The notes beneath the pieces are model-generated. The model saw only the letters and a list, made by a program, of their open reading frames with translations. It searched no databases and had not been told where the DNA came from. The position numbers and the translations under genes are program-made. A stretch of 57,633 nucleotides of DNA, counting the filler, from Sphacelaria rigidula (Eukaryota): NCBI GenBank assembly GCA_964200075.2. It is 5 parts of 5 records of this genome, joined end to end, with 100 filler letters (N's around TTAATTAATTAA, not from the genome) between each part and the next. Parts side by side here need not be neighbours in the genome. Positions count along the whole stretch, not along the records: positions 46,188 to 57,633 come from CAXNAA020004914.1; 4 more parts are not named here. One strand, 5' to 3'. Of the stretch, positions 51,060-57,633 are shown one piece after another. Within the stretch, counting starts at the first letter, position 1. Each line of letters begins with the position of its first letter.

Positions 51060-51960
51060 ACATGTAGATGGATAGCTACGAGCTGAGCCGGTAGTAAATC
51101 CCACATTCTCTCTCTGCACTACAACTTCTCAAGTTTCCCAAATCAGCGCGACTTGAGGATATCGCTGTGAACTGCAGGCTAACCTGGTAACACACGGCAC
51201 CGCCGCTGCTTGATTGGCGCAGTTGTGGCGATGATGTTACTGTACTGCATTGAATACTGGGTGCTTATCTTGCCATTGCGTGACAACTTGTCTGGAGACG
51301 TTTCGTTTCAGAAAATGCGGTGGAGTTACGATAGGCCGTTGCGCCGCACAGGCACACGCACACCCGACATGCCCAGGTAAGAGCACACTGGTCGTGCTGC
51401 AAGATGGCATCAAGCTCGTCACAAGCTCCATAATGGAAGAGAACCTCCGAGGCAATTGTCGTATATCACCGCACAACGGAGACGTACTACTAGAAACTGC
51501 GCTATACCCCCCCCAAAAGCTAGACCGTCACCAAAATATCAAGACCCTGAGCAACCCAGAGGTACGAGAGATAATGCACGACTAGTGTGCACAAAAGAAG
51601 TTTTTGTCGTGTCGGGATTCGAACTCATGACCTGTGTGATTTGAGGCTGTTGTATCAGTTTGACCACCGGGGTCACACAAGAAGTGCGATGCTAAGCCCA
51701 ATTTCACGTGTTTTTAGCTGAAATTTCACAAGGATGTGGTTGACGCGAGTGCCCGTATGTGCCGGCGCGTTGTCACCGTTTTTATCATTTATTGAGGAAG
51801 TTATAGCATTTTCCCTTTTTTTGCTGAAACTTCAACCCGCTTTAACTTCCTGTTTTTGATTTTTCCCGTGACACCCCTCACAGGGTTGCGCGGATTGATG
51901 ACAAAAATGTCGTGTCAAAATTTCAGCGCCCAACTCTTCGAAATGCCAATAGCATCTCCA
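51060..51960. repeat. Second copy of repeat family C
   Basis: Colinear similarity to 7420-8200. Confidence 0.7.
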
Positions 51961-52761
51961 CTCTCAGTTTAAAAATCACTAGTTGCCGGCCCAGCTCGTA
52001 ATATATTCGCAAAGACGGTGGAATTGCGGGTGCGCTTGTAGCTGTCGACTGGACGCAGAATTGTGGGGAACGTCCGACAGACAGAGTATTTGGGGGCCTG
52101 AAAAAAAGACCCTTATACAAGTATAGCAATTGATGCCCGACCTCGATGGCTGTGTCAAATGAACCAAAGGTTTACTGCCCCGACTCCTCAAGTAGTTTCG
52201 TACTCATCAAAAACTCTCAGAGAATTCAAGTGGCGCGGTGGATCGTACAATCGGGTCTACTTGCATTTCAGGCGTGTGATCGAAGAAGATACCCCACGAG
52301 TGTGATTCCCCGTATATACGCTCACGTTTTGGCCATTGTATCAGACGGAGTCTGGAGTCGATCCAGCAACAGCTCCACAGCAGCACTCAAGCACCAAAAA
52401 CGATATATGCGCGATGATGTGACACTTTTGGTCCCAAAGCAATCTTGCCCTTCAGTGTGGTCAACGTGCGACGGCGGTGTACCTGCGGCTGAGATCGCGG
52501 AGCTGTGATCGCCATCACCGGCGACGTACAGTAGAAAAGTACAAGGTTTCTGTGGGAAGAACGCCTGCAGCGTTGTTCCATCGGCTGGATTTTTCGCATT
52601 TAATTGTAGCTCTTTTTTTCTGTTTTTCAGAGCGAGTTACAACAAACGTGGCAATCAGTCGGAATCTGACCATCTTACCAAGAATGGCGCCCAGGAACAC
52701 GTCACAAGGAGAAGTATCCGGTCCCTCCGTTCACCGCCCTGCCCCCCTCGCCCGTCTACAG

Positions 52762-52881
52762 GAGGAGCAGAAATGCTCGTTGTGAATGCGGCAGTAGCCG
52801 CCAAGCAAGCCGGTCACGACGTCGTCATCTACACCTCACACCATGACCCCGACCGCTGTTTCCAAGATACCAAGGAAGACG
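52762..52881 (+). CDS. ALG2: Exon of alpha-1,3/1,6-mannosyltransferase ALG2-like (GT4)
   Basis: ctacag| and |gtgag, phase 1-1. GGAEMLVVNAAVAAKQAGHDVVIYTSHHDPDRCFQDTKEDG matches the ALG2 N-terminal signature. Neighbouring exons not found. Confidence 0.88.
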
Positions 52882-54057
52882 GTGAGACTCGCTTCGAGTA
52901 GAAACATGCCGCACCCCCATGGTCTATCCGGTACGTCAATCGCGAGTTCGGGCAGTTCGGGCGGAAGGTTGATGGTTGAAATCGCGAACTGTACGTTTCG
53001 TTTTAGCAGAATCTAGTTTCCATCATTGGGAGGGTGACGATGGCGGTAGCAAAGGAAAGTCGAGGGGAGTTGATGGATTACGGGGACCCTGATCCGATCC
53101 ACGATGCCAGAGTGTCAGGTACGTACCGAGGGGGATATAGGTGGATCCCTGGAGACTACGACTTCGTCCCGAGAAAGGAGAGAGGTTGGACGTACGACAA
53201 GAACAAGATGGAAAAAATCCTGTACTGTCGTACAAAGCAGAGTGTATCATCGGTACCGTGTACATCACTTTCCCCGGAAAATTCCGCAGGGCTTCATCTT
53301 TTGGTTGTTTGTAGCGTCATACCGAGACATACGGTGCTATGCTGGGGTACGTTGTATATCACCCCCTAAAAATCACCCTTCTTCGATCATTTTTTGGGCC
53401 CGAAGCGATCGTCACCCAGGGGTTGTATACATACCTGTTATACGGTACGCAGAGTACGTATGCAGGAAACGTATTTTAATACGTTTTGTACACGACGGCA
53501 CGTAACCAACCAAGCATAAGTGCGCGTGTGCATAATACACGTCCTGGAAACATGTGTGATGCCGATTCGCACGGTTTAAGTAGCACATTGAAACGCGAGC
53601 GATTCCTCCACTGAGCACCGACGACCAGCATATTGAAGTACTTGTAACCGCACCTGTGCACAAGGTATAAAGTAAGTACCTGTCCAGATTCGAGTGGTCG
53701 TAGTCCACTTCAGCGTCATGTATTTTGTCAAATATACATAATTTTGCGCACGTTTCATCGTATCGACCGCTACACACCAACAGCCAACTTTTGCACAGGC
53801 TAGACATTCGTGCTGAAGCTCCCGCGACTCGAATAGCTGATCGTTCGACCGCCAGGGTTTGTCCATCTGTTGTTGTACCGGCATCATGTCCACTCGGAAG
53901 ATGGCTGATGAGAATTGGACGTCCATCTATGGATGCGCAAAGGATCAAGTCTGTTGGTTCCTAACCTTGAGTGACACGGCAACAAACAGTCAGTGAAAGG
54001 TTCACGGGCTTCGGGGTTACTGTCCAACGTTTGGTGGTAACTTCCAAGGAAAATGCC

Positions 54058-54504
54058 GAGTCATGCTACGATAGGGGGGGGGGGGGGGGGGGACATTATT
54101 TGTTTTTTTTTTTGTGTGGTTGTGGATTAGGCCCCCCCCCCTTTGGGGGGGGGGGGNNNNNNNNNNGGGGGGCGTACTCATTTGTTGCTTGTCTTAGTCG
54201 TTTGACCATTGACCACGCATCCCTTTCGAGACGGAGCATGGGGGGAAGTTTGGGCCGTTTTCTTCCACGAAATTCCACCTCAATCGCCGTTGAAAGCAGC
54301 CAACAGTTGTTCGGACGCGCTTGCTCGCGATAAATAACGCTCATTCATACTGCTTTACCTCGCTTTTACTCGAATACAAGCGCACCTCGAGTGTTTCAGG
54401 TCGTTTGATCCATCTTTGAGCACATTTTTTGGTGAACTCGAACACCCCCCCTTATGACATGCATGATCATGAGTACACCCACCTCCCCTATCGTAGCATG
54501 GCTC
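54058..54504. mobile_element. Composite Sola2-like MITE: TIR, G-run, B, MITE core, inverted A, C-run, TIR
   Basis: tgcc|GAGTCATGCTACGATAGG...CCTATCGTAGCATGGCTC|tacc (4-bp TSD, one mismatch). Small N gap inside. Confidence 0.85.
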
Positions 54505-54544
54505 TACCGGTGGAGAGATGGGTGGCCAGATGGTTGGCCCCTCC

Positions 54545-54758
54545 GTAATACGTGAGAGGACCGTGTACTTGGGGGACCGCATCGTAGTTCGAAACACCTC
54601 AGGATCGACGTTTTTCGAAACCATCGGGCCAGTCCCTGCCGGGACCACGCCCCTGACCCTTACCCCAACACTAACCCTAAACCTAACCATAGGGGTATCC
54701 ATAGGGGTATTTTAACTCCGATGCGGTCCTCTAAGCACGCGGTCCTCTCACGCATTAC
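54545..54758. mobile_element. MITE with about 50-bp TIRs and internal telomere-like repeats
   Basis: gtaatacgtgagaggaccg...gaccgcatcg pairs with cgatgcggtcc...cggtcctctcacgcattac. Core contains ctaaccctaaacctaacc. Confidence 0.85.
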
Positions 54759-57523
54759 ATCCTCGATGGGTCTTCGGATTCCTCCCGAGATGGGAGGAGA
54801 GGGGGGTGATAAAAGCACGACAAATTCGAAGGGAAACCGTACGTAACGTGGATGAATACATCACATCCCGGGTGACCGTGTCTCACATGTTTAACCTCAA
54901 CTTTTGTCGAGAGCAACAAAAGTCCCTGCAGCAAAGCCGTATGTACTCGCAGCGAGGTATCTTGCCAAAGATACGACTTCTTTCACCCTTTCCAGGAAGA
55001 TGGAACCTACCTTTTGTATGCCTCAGTCATTTTCCAGGGAGCGATCGCCTCAACAAAAATGCCCAGCCATTGCTTGCCCCTTTAAACGGTGAGTAAATCG
55101 AAACGATATCGGGTTGGTATTCACTGATGCATCGGTATTTCTCGGGCGAGTCTCTCTCTCTATATGTACAAGACGCAAGGGACGGGGCTGCGCCCCGGTC
55201 CCGTCCGTCTTTTTCGAGGGTCTCGGCATTCTGGTCTTGCCAAGCCCTCGCGAGAACAGATCCTCTCTCGAGATGTTCATGCCCGCCGGAAACATTGCAG
55301 GGCCACCGCGGTCGCGCGTCCGTTCGAACGGTCACGAACTCATGTGTACCCCCGCACAAAGTGAATCCGCGTACCGGGCCCCTAGCAGTTGCATTGGCCC
55401 GAACAGCCATCTCCCGGGGCGGGTGCGGAGGAACATGTACACTAAAGTCAGCAATAAATCTCGTGGGCGCCTCGTTACAAAATACGCTTCACGCTCGTGA
55501 GTTCGAAATATTCCCTATATATATACTATTGCTCCCGCCCCTCCTACACTCCGGAATCTCTCTCGCCGTGTCGCTCTCCCCATCTCCGTCCGAACCGACA
55601 CAGGTGTCTTGTCGGGATTGATTCGAGTCCGGGGGGACTGGTTGCCTCGGCACCTCTTCTTTGGACGATTTACCGCTCTGTGCGCCGTGTGGAGGTGGGA
55701 TACACGCCATTTTTGCTCAGCACCTCGGCTTTTTTTACTGATTGCCTCGCCCGGGTAGATTCGCGACGAATTTTCTCGTCGTCGGAAGATAGACGTGGCA
55801 AGTGTACTTGACCCTCCTCAATAGCTCCAGTTGATTGTATGGTTGGTTGATCAGAGGGTTTTGGGAACTTGTAGTTCGTTCTCGGCGTGGCTTTTCTTCA
55901 CGGAGTGTAATTGTCTCGTGCATTGGACAGTCTCGGAAAACCTGCTACTTTGACTTTTTCAGCGTTATGAGCTTCCCGGTAGGGTTATGCGGAAAACGCC
56001 TGCGTTTTCCCACAACTTTCCAACTTGCGTGAGAAGGAAGGACACTGGGGAATCTCCGCCATGAAAATATTATAACTTTCTTGGAGTGTCTGGTACTCGA
56101 TGACATCACGTGAACTCTTACAACAAAAAGGATCTTGAATCCCTGTGGTCGCAGAGTGGGTTTGGATCTCTCTTGCAGAGAGTGGCAAGGCCACATTGAG
56201 AGATCGAACCACAAGTTGTTCGCTTTTCAAGCCATTTTACAGTGGGGGCGCGCGGGGGGGGGGGCAATTCTAGTAATGTCTAGTCCGAGAACTCCTTTTT
56301 CAGGCCTTGCTTCTTTAGGCTAGCAAAGTGTCGCATAGAGATGAACAACCCGCTCATGCCTATATTTCCTGACGGAGATACACGTCGACAACTAGGTCAT
56401 CGTTTTATCAGTCATAATTGTAAAAACCAATATCTGTAAACAGCTCTTCCCTTTCATGCATTAACCAGAGCTCACTCTTCCAAACTTCGTCGTGTTAGAA
56501 TTAGTACATGACGAACACCTTCTTCTGCGATCTTGAGAGACGGAAGGCAACTCCTCCGGGGACCAACACTTGTACCTCAATCCACCCCCACTTACGGGGG
56601 CGCTGGGCTGGTTCGTTCTTCGTGCGGCAGCGCTGCGGTTGTCGAGGTGATCCAAGCAGTGCGTGAGACAATGAGGCCCACGCGCGGCTGCGCGTCCACC
56701 ACGGTGCCGCAGTTCAGCTTGAAGCGTTTTTTCGTCATGGGTATTTTTTTCCTTCAGGCACTACCACAATTGGCGGTGGACAGAGTGACACGTTTTAGAC
56801 ACCCAGTGCAGTGCTTAATTATCAGTATATATTATAACTCGGAAACGGTACCAGTTGTAATTGGCCATTATCATTATAATGGTAATAATGGTAATGGTTA
56901 TATGAAATACTTGGATAATGATTTCAGACCATTATTTACCGTTACCGGCTTTCAAAGCCATTACCGGTTACGTATGCTACAAGAGCCCTTTCAAATTGGC
57001 CCAAATCTAACGTATTTTTTAGCTGTAGTGAAGCCAAATCGTGTAAAAACGTGGCCTCAGCACGGCGCCTCCAGCGGGACCCTACAGGAGCGCCTCCGGC
57101 GCCCCCCCCCCTGCCGGTGGGGGGCTTTTTGGCTGGCGGCTGCGCCGCTCGATGACCAAACTATTATGTACCATTTAACTGGGTCATGGTTGCGCTACGC
57201 GTGACCATTCAACTGGTTAATGGTTAGAAAAACTATTTCCAAGTTGTAGCATATATACTGTCCGTCCATTTTGTAACAGGATCCCACCGACCGCGGAAGA
57301 CGCTGGATTTTTGACGAGGTGGTTCGTGTGTTGTTTCGTAACTTGAATGATTTTGATCTTGTATTACCGAGAACCCTGATGTACCTGAAGTGTCAATCAG
57401 GGTTAATTTGGATATCGACTACCGAACGTACCTGGTATTTCGGCATACCTGAAACATGAAGTTAACAACATGTACTTGGTAGTTGGAGATACTTGACTTG
57501 TTGACTTTGCCGAAACTACGTGG

Positions 57524-57633
57524 GGGTCATGCTACGATAGGGGGGGTGTAGCCATCATCATGCATGCCAGAGTCATCAGACCATTGACCTCACATCCATA
57601 CAAAGCCGGGACGGAGCACGCCGGATTTCTCGC
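57524..57633 (+). mobile_element. Intact element end: GGGTCATGCTACGATAG TIR, G-run, repeat A
   Basis: The TIR is directly contiguous with A, which links A to the MITE TIR family. Confidence 0.85.

Noticed and set aside
55038-55088. Phase 1-1 candidate exon after the ALG2 exon
   Set aside because: The peptide GSDRLNKNAQPLLAPLN does not resemble the expected ALG2 V.GD.LPR segment.
56533-57204. 223-aa ORF
   Set aside because: No domain; it runs through ccatta/taatgg-rich repeat-like sequence.

Overview
Eukaryotic, repeat-rich DNA, most likely from a brown alga (Phaeophyceae). This is inferred from the short GT-AG exons in kb-long introns and from the repeat and LINE peptides. The window is not one locus. 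It is five contigs of 11448, 11447, 11446, 11446 and 11446 bp joined by artificial 100-bp spacers (N44-TTAATTAATTAA-N44). Host-gene content: 7 phase-compatible exons of a ZIFL-type MFS transporter, one ALG2-like exon, a terminal STI1-like+UIM exon, two exons of a probable targeted DUF4336-like protein, and three exons of a PHD-like/tandem-repeat/duplicated zinc-finger gene. Mobile DNA: a decayed AcademX-like (XPG nuclease + Cys-rich CXC) ORF, a decayed Ty1/copia, LINE remnants and several MITEs. The most unusual pattern is that subterminal fragments of a Sola2-like TIR element family sit inside poly-G tracts in all five contigs, usually without their TIR, sometimes with 13-15 bp flanking duplications and as patchworks. 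This suggests templated insertion at G-runs. Repeat boundaries were judged by eye and are approximate.
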